Source: Candidatus Sumerlaeaceae bacterium
GTDB lineage: Bacteria; Sumerlaeota; Sumerlaeia; Sumerlaeales; Sumerlaeaceae
Assembly: GCA_049968255.1 (NCBI GenBank)
Contig: JBMFRB010000006.1
Span: forward strand, 190,207 to 254,206
Length of the DNA stretch: 64,000 bases
Direction: 5' to 3'
The position numbers and the translations under genes were made by a program. Position 1 is the stretch's first letter, and every line of letters begins with the position of its first letter. Positions 41,747 to 52,027 of this stretch are shown here, in pieces. The notes under the pieces were generated by a model that saw only the letters and a list, made by a program, of their open reading frames with translations, was not told the origin of the DNA and made no database searches.

Positions 41747-42775
41747 ATGAAAGCACAACAGATTGTGGTGAACAAAGGAAGGCCGGTTTTGCGCGCGATC
41801 GAACTGGGAGAGTTACCAGAGCGCTTTGTCCGCGTGCGTGTGCGTTTTAGCGGTATTAGTGCGGGGACCGAGCTGGCCATCATCAGACGCAGCGCCTTGG
41901 AGCCAGAGAGCACGCTTGCGCTAGGCTACCAGGCGGTGGGTGAGGTGATCGCGGCTGGGGCCGGTGTTCAGCAAATTGCGCAGGGGACTGTGGTTGCATG
42001 CTACGGCGCACCTTATGTTTGCCACGCGAGCTTTCTGGATGTGCCGGAACGCCTTTGCGCTCCCGTGCAGACGCCAGAACCGATACCGGAGCAAAGTTTC
42101 TGCGGTCTAGGCACAATTGCACTTCATGCGGTGCGGTTAGGAGCGCCTCAGCTTGGAGATATCGTTGCGGTGGTGGGGATGGGCTTTCTTGGGAATTTGG
42201 TGGCGCAGCTTGCCACGTGTGCCGGTGGGCGGGTGATTGCGGTGGAGTCACATGCGGATCGCCGCGCAATGGCACAGAGCACGGGGCTCGTCGTGCAAGG
42301 CACTTGGGAGGATTTGGCGCGGGAAATCGAGAGTTGTTCAGAGGGCCATGGAGCGGACGTCGCCTTCATGGTTGCTCATGCGTGCGGAAACGATCTTTTG
42401 GAAAAGTGTGTTCGTCTGTTGCGCTTGCGCGGTCAGCTGGTGATTGTGGGCGCAGCAGACGCTGTCTTGCCGCGCGATGCCCTTTTCGAGAAGGAAGCAT
42501 CGCTCTTGGTGTCGCGAGCTGGCGGCCCTGGCCGTTATGATCCGCAATACGAAGAAGGGAAAGTGGACTATCCTTATGGCTACGTGCGCTGGACGGAGGG
42601 GCGAAACTTGCGCGAGTTCGTGCGGCTTATGAGTGAGGGGCGAGTGACAGTGGAGCCGCTTGTGACAACGGTGGTGTCGGCTGCTCAGTGCGACGAGATT
42701 TACTCTACCCTTGCTAACCAACCTGGCAAGTATGTGGGCGTGGCTTTTGACTGGAGCGAGGTGCAAGAGCAGTGA
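41747..42775 (+). CDS. MDR-family (zinc-binding dehydrogenase-like) oxidoreductase
   Basis: SGISAGTE, LGYQAVG, VVGMGFLG, GPGRYDPQYEE..DYPYGYVRWTEGRNL. Confidence 0.85.
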   Translation: MKAQQIVVNKGRPVLRAIELGELPERFVRVRVRFSGISAGTELAIIRRSALEPESTLALGYQAVGEVIAAGAGVQQIAQGTVVACYGAPYVCHASFLDVPERLCAPVQTPEPIPEQSFCGLGTIALHAVRLGAPQLGDIVAVVGMGFLGNLVAQLATCAGGRVIAVESHADRRAMAQSTGLVVQGTWEDLAREIESCSEGHGADVAFMVAHACGNDLLEKCVRLLRLRGQLVIVGAADAVLPRDALFEKEASLLVSRAGGPGRYDPQYEEGKVDYPYGYVRWTEGRNLREFVRLMSEGRVTVEPLVTTVVSAAQCDEIYSTLANQPGKYVGVAFDWSEVQEQ

Positions 42776-43776
42776 TCTCGCGTTTTTTGCGGAAGCTAAG
42801 CGTCCTGCGCTCGGGCCTTTCCTTGAGCAGCACCAAACTCTGCGCCGAGCATGTACGGTTGGCGGTGGCACTGGGCGCGAGTGTTGCTTTGCTTCTTGCC
42901 GGTTGTGCGCAAAAGTTGCCCGAGAAAAAGCGCGACGGGCGGCTGCGGGTTGTTGCCACGACAAGCATTGTGGCGGACATGGTGCACCAGATAGCCGGCG
43001 ACCGCATCGAATTGCACGCATTGATGGGTGCTGGGGTTGATCCTCACCTCTACAAAGCTAGCGAAGGCGACGTCTTACGAATCGCGCAGGCCGATGTGGT
43101 GTTTTACAACGGTTTGCACCTGGAAGCGAAAATGGCTGATGTGTTGGAGAAAATTAGCAAGCGGGTGCGAACGGTGGCTGTGACAGCGCGGATTCCCCGC
43201 GAGCGTTTGCTCCGGACCGAAGCTAACCACGAGACACCCGATCCCCACGTGTGGTTCGACGTGGGGCTTTGGCGCCTCACTGTGCCGGAGATTCGGGATG
43301 CGCTCAGCGAGCTTGATCCGGCGAGCTCGGACACATTTCATCGCAACGCGGCTGCCTTTGATCGAGAACTGCAAGAGCTGGATGCTTACATACGAACACG
43401 AGCGGCAACGATCCCGGCACGCCAGCGTGTGCTCATTACGGCGCACGATGCCTTCCGTTATTTCGGGCGAGCCTACGGGTTTGAGGTTGTGGGGCTCCAA
43501 GGAATTTCCACAGCTAGTGAGGCGGGAACGAATGATATCGAGCGGCTAGCTAGACTTATCACGGAGCGGCACGTCCGGGCAATTTTTGTCGAGTCGTCCG
43601 TGCCGCAGCGCACCGTGCGGGCTGTGCAACAGGCAGTTCGGGCGCGAGGCGGCGACGTAGCCATCGGCGGGGAACTCTTTTCTGATGCTCTTGGCAACCC
43701 GGGCACCCCCGAAGGAACTTACGTGGGGATGGTTCGTTACAATATCGAGACAATTGTAAAGGCGCTGAAACCATGA
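42772..43776 (+). CDS. Mn/Zn/Fe ABC transporter substrate-binding lipoprotein (TroA/MntA)
   Basis: LLLAGC lipobox, [31 protein letters not shown]. Start uncertain. Confidence 0.93.
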   Translation: MISRFLRKLSVLRSGLSLSSTKLCAEHVRLAVALGASVALLLAGCAQKLPEKKRDGRLRVVATTSIVADMVHQIAGDRIELHALMGAGVDPHLYKASEGDVLRIAQADVVFYNGLHLEAKMADVLEKISKRVRTVAVTARIPRERLLRTEANHETPDPHVWFDVGLWRLTVPEIRDALSELDPASSDTFHRNAAAFDRELQELDAYIRTRAATIPARQRVLITAHDAFRYFGRAYGFEVVGLQGISTASEAGTNDIERLARLITERHVRAIFVESSVPQRTVRAVQQAVRARGGDVAIGGELFSDALGNPGTPEGTYVGMVRYNIETIVKALKP

Positions 43777-44558
43777 GAAACGACGGTGAGGAGACACAAA
43801 GATCAAGTGACGCGCTTCCCGCTGTGGAAGTGAGCGATCTCACGGTCGCCTATCAGACAAAGCCAGTGCTGTGGGATGTAGACTTGACGGTGCCCCAGGG
43901 TGTGCTGATGGCAATTGTGGGGCCGAATGGTGCAGGCAAGACAACGTTGCTAAAGGCCATTCTTGGGCTGGTGCCGATTGCGGCCGGCCAGGTGCTGATC
44001 TTCGGGCGCCCACTTGCGGAGCAGCGGCACGTGGTCTCATACGTGCCCCAGCGCGGCAGCGTGGATTGGGATTATCCGACAACGGTGCTAGACGTCGTGC
44101 TTATGGGGCTCTACCGATACGTTGGGTGGATTCGACGTCCCGGGCACTCTGAACGAGAGAAAGCAATGGAAGCGCTACGCCTGGTGGGAATGGCAGATTT
44201 TGCCAAGCGTCAGATCAGCCAGCTTTCGGGTGGTCAGCAGCAGCGCGTGTTTTTGGCGCGTGCACTGGTGCAAGACGCGAAATTATTTTTTATGGACGAG
44301 CCGTTCCAAGGCGTGGATGCCACGACGGAGCGCGCGATTATTGAAATCCTTCAACGATTGAGGTCAGAAAATAAAACCGTTGTCGTCGTGCATCACGACC
44401 TCCAGACAGTGCCGGAGTACTTTGACTGGGTCACGCTCATTAACGTGCGACGAATCGCGTGTGGACCCGTGCGTGAGGTTTTCACCGAGCAAAACCTCCG
44501 CGCTGCCTACGGCGGGCGTATGGCATTCTTCATCGAGCTGCGCGAGGGGGGCTGCTGA
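43773..44558 (+). CDS. Mn/Zn/Fe ABC transporter ATPase (TroB/MntB)
   Basis: [26 protein letters not shown]. Confidence 0.95.
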   Translation: MRNDGEETQRSSDALPAVEVSDLTVAYQTKPVLWDVDLTVPQGVLMAIVGPNGAGKTTLLKAILGLVPIAAGQVLIFGRPLAEQRHVVSYVPQRGSVDWDYPTTVLDVVLMGLYRYVGWIRRPGHSEREKAMEALRLVGMADFAKRQISQLSGGQQQRVFLARALVQDAKLFFMDEPFQGVDATTERAIIEILQRLRSENKTVVVVHHDLQTVPEYFDWVTLINVRRIACGPVREVFTEQNLRAAYGGRMAFFIELREGGC

Positions 44559-45706
44559 TGGGTCCCGGTCCGGAAAACGTCGCGTCGCTAGGAGACATGC
44601 TGGCAAGTCCCATTCTGCGCACAGTGGCGTTGGGGTCAGGGATCTTAGGCGCAGTCAGTGGGGCCTTGGGATGTTTCGCACTTTTGCGGCGTCAAAGCCT
44701 TGTGGGCGATGCGGTTTCGCACGCGGCGTTGCCGGGCATCGCGTTGGCATTTCTGCTGACCGGCACGAAATCTTCTGTTGGGCTCCTGCTGGGGGCAGCG
44801 CTGGCCGGATGGGTGGGAATGGTGTGGGTCCTGGCCATTATGCGAACGACTCGGCTGGATGAGAACACGGCGCTGGGTATTGTGTTGGCGACTTTCTTTG
44901 GCTTTGGTCTGGTGCTACTCACGTTTATTCAGCGCTTGCCTAATGCGAATCAGGCAGGGCTCGACACTTACCTCTTTGGCCAGGCGGCAACAATGCTGCA
45001 CGAGGATGTGCTGGTGCTGGCGTGCGGTGGCGTGTTGCTGATGGGGATTGTCGCTCTTTTTTGGAAAGAATTCAAGCTGGTGAGCTTCGACCGCGAGTTT
45101 GCCGCGACTGTTGGTTACCCGGTGCACCGCCTGGAATTGTTGCTGACGCTGTTGCTGGTCGGGGGCATCGTGTTGGGATTGCGCACAGTGGGCGTCGTCC
45201 TTATGAGTGCGATGATTGTGGCTCCCGCAGCGGCGGCGCGTCAGTGGACAAATCATACGGGGATGATGGTCGTGTTGGCGGCGCTCTTTGGTGCAGGAGC
45301 CGGTGTGGGCGGTGCAGTGGCAAGTTCGCTAGTCGCCCACTTGCCTACAGGGCCGGCTATTGTCGTTGGCGCGACGATGTGGGCAGTTGGTTCACTGTTT
45401 TTCGGTGCGAAACGAGGACTACTGTGGCAATGGCTGCGTTTACGAATCTTGCAGCGGCAACTTGCGGAGGAAGCCATCCTCATAGGGCTATACGAGCTGG
45501 CGCAAACACACGGAGGCGAGCGCCATGGCCATGCCGAAGGGGCGATTCGCGCACTCTCGCCAAACATCGTGGGAGTTCGCCGGCGCCTGCGCAAGCTCGA
45601 GCAGCGCCGCCTCGTCGAGCAAACCTCGCCTCGCGCGTGGGCGCTCACGGAAATGGGGCAAGCCGAGGCTCAATACATGGTGGAAAAGGCGCAGGAGAAG
45701 CGATGA
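44558..45706 (+). CDS. Metal ABC permease (TroC/MntC) with C-terminal winged-helix-like tail
   Basis: GDAVSHAALPG, LFGQAA, FWKEFKLVSFD ABC-3 motifs; about 90-aa cytoplasmic extension. Confidence 0.9.
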   Translation: MGPGPENVASLGDMLASPILRTVALGSGILGAVSGALGCFALLRRQSLVGDAVSHAALPGIALAFLLTGTKSSVGLLLGAALAGWVGMVWVLAIMRTTRLDENTALGIVLATFFGFGLVLLTFIQRLPNANQAGLDTYLFGQAATMLHEDVLVLACGGVLLMGIVALFWKEFKLVSFDREFAATVGYPVHRLELLLTLLLVGGIVLGLRTVGVVLMSAMIVAPAAAARQWTNHTGMMVVLAALFGAGAGVGGAVASSLVAHLPTGPAIVVGATMWAVGSLFFGAKRGLLWQWLRLRILQRQLAEEAILIGLYELAQTHGGERHGHAEGAIRALSPNIVGVRRRLRKLEQRRLVEQTSPRAWALTEMGQAEAQYMVEKAQEKR

Positions 45707-46818
45707 CGCAACCTCAGCTAGAAATTCAGCTTATCGCCGTGCTTGTAGCAGTGGCTTGTGCGTTGCCAGGTGTGTTTTTGGTTTTGCGGCGTGCAGCCAT
45801 GGTGAGCGATGCAATTAGTCATTCGATTCTGCTCGGGATCGTCGTTGCCTATTTCGCTGTGCGCGATCTCAGTTCACCAATCCTCGTGTTGGCAGCCACA
45901 GCCACGGGCGTGCTCACAGTGTGGCTCGTGGAAGCCCTTACGCGAACGCGTCTCGTGCGAAACGATGCCGCGACCGGTTTAGTCTTTCCCACTCTTTTTG
46001 CACTTGCAGTGATCCTCATCGCACGCTACGCGCGCACACTCCATCTTGATACCGACAGTGTGCTTTTGGGCGAGTTGGCCTTTGCCCCGTTCAACCGCTT
46101 TGAGGTTTTTGGCCATGATGTTGGTCCGATTTCTGCATGGGTTATGGGTGGTATCCTGCTGCTCAATGTGCTGTTCGTGAGCCTTTTCTATAAAGAGCTC
46201 AAACTGGCGACGTTCGATCCGGAATTTGCAGCCGCGCAAGGTTTTGCGCCTGGCCAGCTGCACTATGCGCTCATGACGTTGGTCAGCATGACCGCCGTGG
46301 GAGCTTTCGATGCAGTGGGTAGCGTGCTGGTGGTGGCGCTCATGATCGCGCCAGCCGCCACAGCCCTCTTGCTCAGTCATCGGCTGTCAGCGGTCCTGAT
46401 GCTGGCGGCGGGCATCGGTGCTGCTTCGGCACTGATCGGCTATTGGGTAGCGCATGCGATGGACGCTTCTATCGCGGGCTCCATGGCGACGACATGCGGT
46501 ATGATGTTTCTGGCCACCTACTTTTTCGCTCCAGGAGTTGGCCTTGTGGCGCAGGTTCGACGGCGCCAGCAGCAGCGAATCGAGTTTGCGTTGAGAATGC
46601 TGGCCGTGCATTTGGCGCAACACGAGCGGCGCCCAGAGGCATTGGTAGAGAATCGTCCCGAGCACTTGGTGGAACATATCCGTTGGACGAACGATTTTGC
46701 GCGACTGGTGGTGCGTCGGGCACTTGCGGAGAGTGTTGTCACACTGGAAAACGGGCGTTTGACGCTTACGGAAGAAGGGCGTGCTCTCGCAAGCGAATCA
46801 GTGATTCAAGGTCCCTAA
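45703..46818 (+). CDS. Metal ABC permease (TroD/MntD) with C-terminal winged-helix-like tail
   Basis: SDAISHSILLG, HLDTDSVLLGE, FYKELKLATFD; ATGA overlap at 45703. Confidence 0.9.
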   Translation: MTQPQLEIQLIAVLVAVACALPGVFLVLRRAAMVSDAISHSILLGIVVAYFAVRDLSSPILVLAATATGVLTVWLVEALTRTRLVRNDAATGLVFPTLFALAVILIARYARTLHLDTDSVLLGELAFAPFNRFEVFGHDVGPISAWVMGGILLLNVLFVSLFYKELKLATFDPEFAAAQGFAPGQLHYALMTLVSMTAVGAFDAVGSVLVVALMIAPAATALLLSHRLSAVLMLAAGIGAASALIGYWVAHAMDASIAGSMATTCGMMFLATYFFAPGVGLVAQVRRRQQQRIEFALRMLAVHLAQHERRPEALVENRPEHLVEHIRWTNDFARLVVRRALAESVVTLENGRLTLTEEGRALASESVIQGP

Positions 46819-46919
46819 TCAGCAGTTCAATCGCTTAGAAATAATTATAACTTGGTCGACCTGGCACAAGGCGTTTCTAACTTCCACTTGTGAGCAGGTC
46901 GGCGAGAATTTTCCCATGT

Positions 46920-47210
46920 TCAGAGCAAAGCTTGAGGGGCGCCAAGAGCGCGCACTTTGTCTTCGGCGATGCGCGCTTCTTTTTCCACGCCGGCAGCGCG
47001 GTAAGCATCAGCGAGTCCTTGCCACGCTGCGACAAACTCGGGGTTCAGCTCTACACAGCGCCGAAATTCTGCGGCAGCTTGCAGAAGCGCTCCTTCGCGG
47101 AGATATTCACACGCCAGCTCGTAATGAGCCCGCTCGTCGAGTGCATCAGCGTGAATGCGTTGCACGAGCTCAGCGACTCGTTGCGCCTGTAGGTGCTGTT
47201 GGTTTGCCAC
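46920..47210 (-). CDS. Small TPR protein
   Basis: AHYELA..AAAEFRRCVELNPEFVAAWQGLADAY TPR pattern; GTG start with AGGAGAGG SD. Confidence 0.75.
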   Translation of the reverse strand: MANQQHLQAQRVAELVQRIHADALDERAHYELACEYLREGALLQAAAEFRRCVELNPEFVAAWQGLADAYRAAGVEKEARIAEDKVRALGAPQALL

Positions 47211-47991
47211 GTGTGTCCTCTCCTGGTGAATAACCACAATACGTGAAGAAACTACGCGCCCATTGTGTGAAAGGCGCAAAACCGTTTTTCAAGTATTCCA
47301 CTTCGTCGGGAGAATTTGGCAGGCCCTTGAGTTTTTTGTAAGCGGCCAACTGCGGCAGCCACACGAAATCGCGGGCGAAGAAGGGATGATAAAGCACCCA
47401 TCGCCCCGCTTCCTGGTAAACAAGTGTGACGTAGTCCACAGGGCGGCCGCTCGAGCTGTCGGTCACAAGTGCCACTCCGTAAGCACTGCCGACGGGACGG
47501 TAGAATTTTGGCAGGCCGGTGATGTCTCGTGGCATGTTGCGAAGCAGCGCTTCCGCTACGAACACTTTTTTCTCTTCGGTTGAGCTCGATGCAATGGTTC
47601 CGGAACTCAGCAGGTCAATGAGCAGTGGGGTGTTGGCCCGCAACCATTGTTCGTCCTCGGAGCTAAAAACGCGGAGCAACGCCTCGAGGCCATCGGGGGC
47701 CTTATTCGTAATTTTTTTTGCTGCTTCGCGATATTGATCCCACAGCGTTTTTACCGGCACGTTTTCAAAGACGATTGGCGTTGGTGTGGGGGTCATTGTG
47801 GCCGTGGGTTGGGCTAGTCCCGCTTGGGGTGCGGGCGCAGGCGGGTGTGCCTCGACCGGCTGTTGACCAGCAGGTTGGGGCACTGGCGGCACGCCTGGGT
47901 CAGCTGGCGGGACGTCGATTGGCTGGGCCAACGCTGCGGCGCAGCTGACCAGGAGTGCGGTGATTGCGAGGAATCGTTTCACTGTCATCAC
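47170..47991 (-). CDS. Exported hypothetical protein with Pro-rich N-terminal linker
   Basis: Sec signal (KRFLAITALLVSCAAALA-Q), Pro/Gln/Thr-rich linker (TPTPTP), globular C-terminal domain of unknown family. Confidence 0.7.
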   Translation of the reverse strand: MMTVKRFLAITALLVSCAAALAQPIDVPPADPGVPPVPQPAGQQPVEAHPPAPAPQAGLAQPTATMTPTPTPIVFENVPVKTLWDQYREAAKKITNKAPDGLEALLRVFSSEDEQWLRANTPLLIDLLSSGTIASSSTEEKKVFVAEALLRNMPRDITGLPKFYRPVGSAYGVALVTDSSSGRPVDYVTLVYQEAGRWVLYHPFFARDFVWLPQLAAYKKLKGLPNSPDEVEYLKNGFAPFTQWARSFFTYCGYSPGEDTRGKPTAPTGATSR

Positions 47992-48352
47992 GACTTACTT
48001 TGGTGACATCCTTTTGTTTATGGAGAAAATATCTGTTTCTACGTAAATGCAAGCTCGCAACTTCTTCGCTAAGCCAGAGCGTTATGTTGGCATAAAACCA
48101 CGGCATAGGCAAGACTTGTTTGTGCACGCGGGGCAAAAAGTACTTTTGAGGACGTGTGCGGTTCGTTCATGCGACGATGCTCAAGTGCGAGAGTGGGTTG
48201 CTGTTGGCACGGGAAGCGTCTGTGATGTGGCCGGACAGCCGCGTTTGTGCTCGCGCTTTAGCAAATGATCGCGCGAACTTGTGGTAGATAAACGTGGCAA
48301 AATCGAGGGGATATCCACCAACCTGGTTTTTTGAACCGGCAAACGACGGGCT

Positions 48353-48967
48353 ATGAGACTGACAATGAACCATCACAATAGCGCACGAGAGCGGTATCGG
48401 CTGCGACGGGCTTTTTATCGCGAGCACTTCGGCCGTCTGGTGGCTGAGGAGGGAGTGGCCAAGCTGGATCCGGAGCTTGTGCGCCAAATCGATCTGGCGG
48501 CTAAACAGATGGCGATCGAAAATGAACAGCTGCGCGAGGCGTTCAAGCGCCAGAAGGCGGATTTCGACAATTTTCGTCGGCGCACACTGAAGGAAAAAGA
48601 GGAGCTGCGCGATGCAGCAAAAGAAGCCTTTCTCGCGACGCTCTTGCCAGTGCTCGACAACTTTGAGCGGGCGCTGGAAAGCGCACGAAGTGCGAAAGAT
48701 GTGCAGAGTGTGCGCCAAGGCATCGAGATGATCGCGAGCCAGCTCATGAGCACGCTCGCAAGCGAGGGGCTCGAGCGAGTGGACCCCTTTGGGCAGCAGT
48801 TTGACCCAACGATTGCGGAAGCGTTGAGCACGGAAGAACGTGCGGACGTTCCCGACGGACAGATCATCGAGGTGCTGCGGCCCGCTTATCGCTTCAAGGG
48901 ACGGCTCATTCGCCCTGCTCTCGTGAAGGTGGCGAAAAAGCCAGCGGAGGAAGCGAGCAAAGCCTAA
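48353..48967 (+). CDS. grpE: Nucleotide exchange factor GrpE
   Basis: ADFDNFRRR, LLPVLDNFERAL, FDPTIAEA, RLIRPALVKVA. Confidence 0.88.
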   Translation: MRLTMNHHNSARERYRLRRAFYREHFGRLVAEEGVAKLDPELVRQIDLAAKQMAIENEQLREAFKRQKADFDNFRRRTLKEKEELRDAAKEAFLATLLPVLDNFERALESARSAKDVQSVRQGIEMIASQLMSTLASEGLERVDPFGQQFDPTIAEALSTEERADVPDGQIIEVLRPAYRFKGRLIRPALVKVAKKPAEEASKA

Positions 48968-49131
48968 AAGATATCGTGGTAAAAGGATCGCGAAGCGGCG
49001 AGATTTTCTCGCTGCTTTTTTTGCGTTTGCCCACTTGGCCAAATTCTGCCGATCTGGAGCGTCGGGCGTTTTTTCCCACTTGTCAACGCACAGCAAGGGG
49101 GCTGTGTTTTCGGCGTACAAGGACCACAATC

Positions 49132-50148
49132 ATGGTTTTGAAACCGCATAAACTCGAACGGGGAATGACAATCGGGCTGGTGGCCCCGGCCAGTGCTGCC
49201 CGGGATATCCAGGCCATTGACAAAGGAATCGAGAACCTGAAACGGCTCGGTTTCGCGGTGTATGAAGGACGCTACACGCGCACTCGCCTGGGCTACCTTG
49301 CCGCGCAGGATAAGGACCGCCTTGCTGATTTCAACGCCATGCTGCGCGCTCCCAAAGTGGATGCCATCATGTGCATCCGTGGAGGGTACGGGGCGATGCG
49401 GCTGTTGGAGGGCATTGATTACAAGGCGGCCCGTAAAAATCCGAAGCCGATCCTGGGCTACAGCGACATTACCGCGCTTCACCTCGCATTCTGGCGCCGC
49501 TGTCGGCTGGTAACCTTTCACGGCCCGATGCTGCTGAGCGCCTTTGCCAAAGAGGAAGTGAGGCCGTTTACCGTGGAAAGCATGATGCGCACTGTGATGT
49601 CGGCGCTGCCACCTGGTTCGGTGTGGCAAGGCGCCCCCGACCATCGCTATCGTGTTGTTCGCGACGGACGCGCTCGGGGACGACTCGTGGGCGGCAATCT
49701 GTGTCTGGTGACGGCACTCTTGGGAACTCCCTTCGAGATCGATACGCGTGGGGCGATCGTGTATCTTGAAGATGTGGATGAGAAACCTTACCGAATTGAT
49801 CGCATGTTGACGCAACTTCTGCTGGCAGGAAAACTTCGCGATGCGGCTGGCATTGTTTTCGGGCGAAACGTGCCGGACAATGATACAGCGCAAATCGAGA
49901 CTCAGCGCTTCGCTCAGGGCGTCGCGCGCAAGGTCGAAGGTTTCCCTCGCAAGCCATCGCGAGATTATGAGCAGATCATTGACGATGTGATTGCAGACCG
50001 ATTGCGGCCGTTGGGAATACCGGTCATGATTGGAGCGCCTTTTGGCCACATTGATGATTACACAACGATCCCCTTTGGCGTGATGGGGAGCTTGGATACA
50101 CGCAAAGGAGAACTGATCATCGAAGAGGCTGCGGTAGAAGAGTTGTAA
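49132..50148 (+). CDS. ldcA: LD-carboxypeptidase (peptidase S66)
   Basis: VAPAS, RGGYG, GYSDIT (catalytic Ser), GGNL, LEDVDE, FGH. Confidence 0.9.
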   Translation: MVLKPHKLERGMTIGLVAPASAARDIQAIDKGIENLKRLGFAVYEGRYTRTRLGYLAAQDKDRLADFNAMLRAPKVDAIMCIRGGYGAMRLLEGIDYKAARKNPKPILGYSDITALHLAFWRRCRLVTFHGPMLLSAFAKEEVRPFTVESMMRTVMSALPPGSVWQGAPDHRYRVVRDGRARGRLVGGNLCLVTALLGTPFEIDTRGAIVYLEDVDEKPYRIDRMLTQLLLAGKLRDAAGIVFGRNVPDNDTAQIETQRFAQGVARKVEGFPRKPSRDYEQIIDDVIADRLRPLGIPVMIGAPFGHIDDYTTIPFGVMGSLDTRKGELIIEEAAVEEL

Positions 50149-50201
50149 AAGCATCGCCCAAAAAAGTGACGAAAGACCACCAGTGCTGGAGGAGAGGATC
50201 A

Positions 50202-50537
50202 ATGAGCACAACAGGCATTCACAAGACGTTTGCGCTGCTTGTGCAGCAGCATCTGACGCAGGCGCTATGGTTTTGCGGCGAAGTCAGCGCCAAAGAGGAC
50301 CGCCATCTGGAACTCGCGAAGCTGGAGATTTCGCTTCTGGAAATCATTCAAGAAAAGACCCGAGGGAACTTGACCAACGACGAACAACGGCTGCTGGCCG
50401 ACGCGCTGCACGAAGCTCGTATGGCCTATGTGTTTGCATCGCAAAAACCTAAACCAGAGAAAGTGGAGCAGAGCGAGGCTCAGCCGCTTGCGGAGAATCT
50501 AGGGAGTGCCACAAGCTCGCACGAATCGTCGCATTAG
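50202..50537 (+). CDS. DUF1844-family protein
   Basis: QAL..G...LELAK..I..L..IQEKTRGNL..DE..LL...L...R..YV pattern. Confidence 0.75.
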   Translation: MSTTGIHKTFALLVQQHLTQALWFCGEVSAKEDRHLELAKLEISLLEIIQEKTRGNLTNDEQRLLADALHEARMAYVFASQKPKPEKVEQSEAQPLAENLGSATSSHESSH

Positions 50538-50576
50538 ACGCGGGCAGCGCTCAACACAAGTCGGCGTGAGGAGAAC

Positions 50577-50648
50577 AAAAAAGAGCGCGAGCCATGAGGG
50601 GGCCGAAAAGAGAAATGGCACACGCCGAAGAGAAGGCTCGCGCTTTTT
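50577..50648. terminator. Possible bidirectional terminator between convergent genes
   Basis: 10-bp inverted repeat AGCGCGAGCC/GGCTCGCGCT flanked by an A-tract and a T-tract; the loop is long (about 41 nt). Confidence 0.35.
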
Positions 50649-50687
50649 GCTTGAGGGAGTTCTTGCCACGCCTGCGAGGACAAGATC

Positions 50688-51695
50688 CTACCGTACTTTG
50701 AGCACCATGCGATATCGAGCCTGGTTGGCACGAACGCGTGCGATGGCTTCGTTCACGCGATCGAGTGGGAGAACCTCGGCCTGGGCTCGTATACCGTGGC
50801 GTGCCGCAAATGTCAGCATTTGGCGGATGCCAGCGCGTCCCCCGATAATTGTGCCGCTGATAGTTTTTTGTCCGCCTACGAGCTGCATGACCGGGACGCT
50901 GATGTTCCCGGGCGAGGCCCCGACGAGCTGCAAACGGCCATGTTTGCGCACAAGGCTGAGCCACTGTGGCCAGTTTAGGTCCACAGTGACAGTGGACAAA
51001 ATGAGATCGAAAGAGTTTGCGAGTGCTTTCATGGCTTTGTCGTCGCTCGTGACGACAAAATGATGAGCGCCCAGGCGTTTGGCTTCCGCCTCTTTCGAAG
51101 GCGATGTGGAGAAGGCTGTGACTTCGCAGCCCATGGCTCGCGCAAACTGCAACGCAAGATGTCCGAGGCCACCAATGCCAATGACGCCCACACGATCCGT
51201 GGACCGAGCGAAACGATTGAGCGGCGTGAAGACGGTGATTCCAGCACACAACAGCGGGGCTGCATGTTCTGATGGGACTCCTTCAGGAATGGGAAAAGCG
51301 AAGCGGCTGTCGGCAACAAGATATTCGGCATAACCACCTGGCCGCCCCACGCAAGTCGCGACGTGGCGAGCACAAGCTGGTTCTTCGCCACGCTCGCACC
51401 ATTCACACGCCATGCATGAGGCACATTGCCATCCGACGCCTACGCGATCGCCTTCTTTCAGATGCTGGACAAGAGCTCCCTTGCGTGCCACAATTCCAAC
51501 GACCTCGTGACCAGGGACGAGCGGGTAAGTGCTCACGCGCCAGTCGTTGTCAATGAGGTGGATGTCACTGTGGCAGATGCCGCAACACTCCACCGCGATT
51601 TCCACATCGAAGGGACCAAGCTCGGAGGGACGCTCCAATTGAATGGGCTCCAATTCCTTTCCTGCCGCGGGAACGGCGTAAGCGCGAAAACTCAT
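50688..51695 (-). CDS. NAD(P)-dependent Zn alcohol/aldehyde dehydrogenase (Ahr/YahK, CAD-like)
   Basis: CGICHSD, PGHE, CxxCxxC structural Zn, APLLCAGITV, GIGGLGH; AAGGAGG SD before ATG 51695. Confidence 0.92.
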   Translation of the reverse strand: MSFRAYAVPAAGKELEPIQLERPSELGPFDVEIAVECCGICHSDIHLIDNDWRVSTYPLVPGHEVVGIVARKGALVQHLKEGDRVGVGWQCASCMACEWCERGEEPACARHVATCVGRPGGYAEYLVADSRFAFPIPEGVPSEHAAPLLCAGITVFTPLNRFARSTDRVGVIGIGGLGHLALQFARAMGCEVTAFSTSPSKEAEAKRLGAHHFVVTSDDKAMKALANSFDLILSTVTVDLNWPQWLSLVRKHGRLQLVGASPGNISVPVMQLVGGQKTISGTIIGGRAGIRQMLTFAARHGIRAQAEVLPLDRVNEAIARVRANQARYRMVLKVR

Positions 51696-52005
51696 AGCAT
51701 CCTCCTTCTTGCGAAAGTTGTGAATCAGGCAACGGAACGACAAAAAGCAGTCCTCGCTGGGGATTACAATACGAGAGCTAAAAGCATCTCGGGAGGGGGG
51801 CACAAGGGGGACTGATTCCGGCCTCTTTTTTGGCATTTTGAGAGAAGCGGAGTAAAATTCGCAAAAAATCCGCGAAAAATAGCCTAATCGTCGACGGAGC
51901 ACGGCGAGGCCGTGGGCTTTTTTGAACGCTAACACGTGCATTTGCAATTCTTTATCAATTGGGATGCAGTGGTCATTTTTCATGTTGACCTTTGAGTCCT
52001 TTTCA

Positions 52006-52023
52006 TTGTGAAAAGTATCACAA
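52006..52023. promoter_or_regulatory. Canonical Rex operator 1 (TTGTGAA-AAGT-ATCACAA)
   Basis: One mismatch to the established Rex consensus TTGTGAA-N4-TTCACAA. Confidence 0.75.
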
Positions 52024-52027
52024 ATGG

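Noticed and set aside
51718-51735. Rex box near the adh start (TTGTGAA-TCAG-GCAACGG)
   Set aside because: Only one half-site matches.
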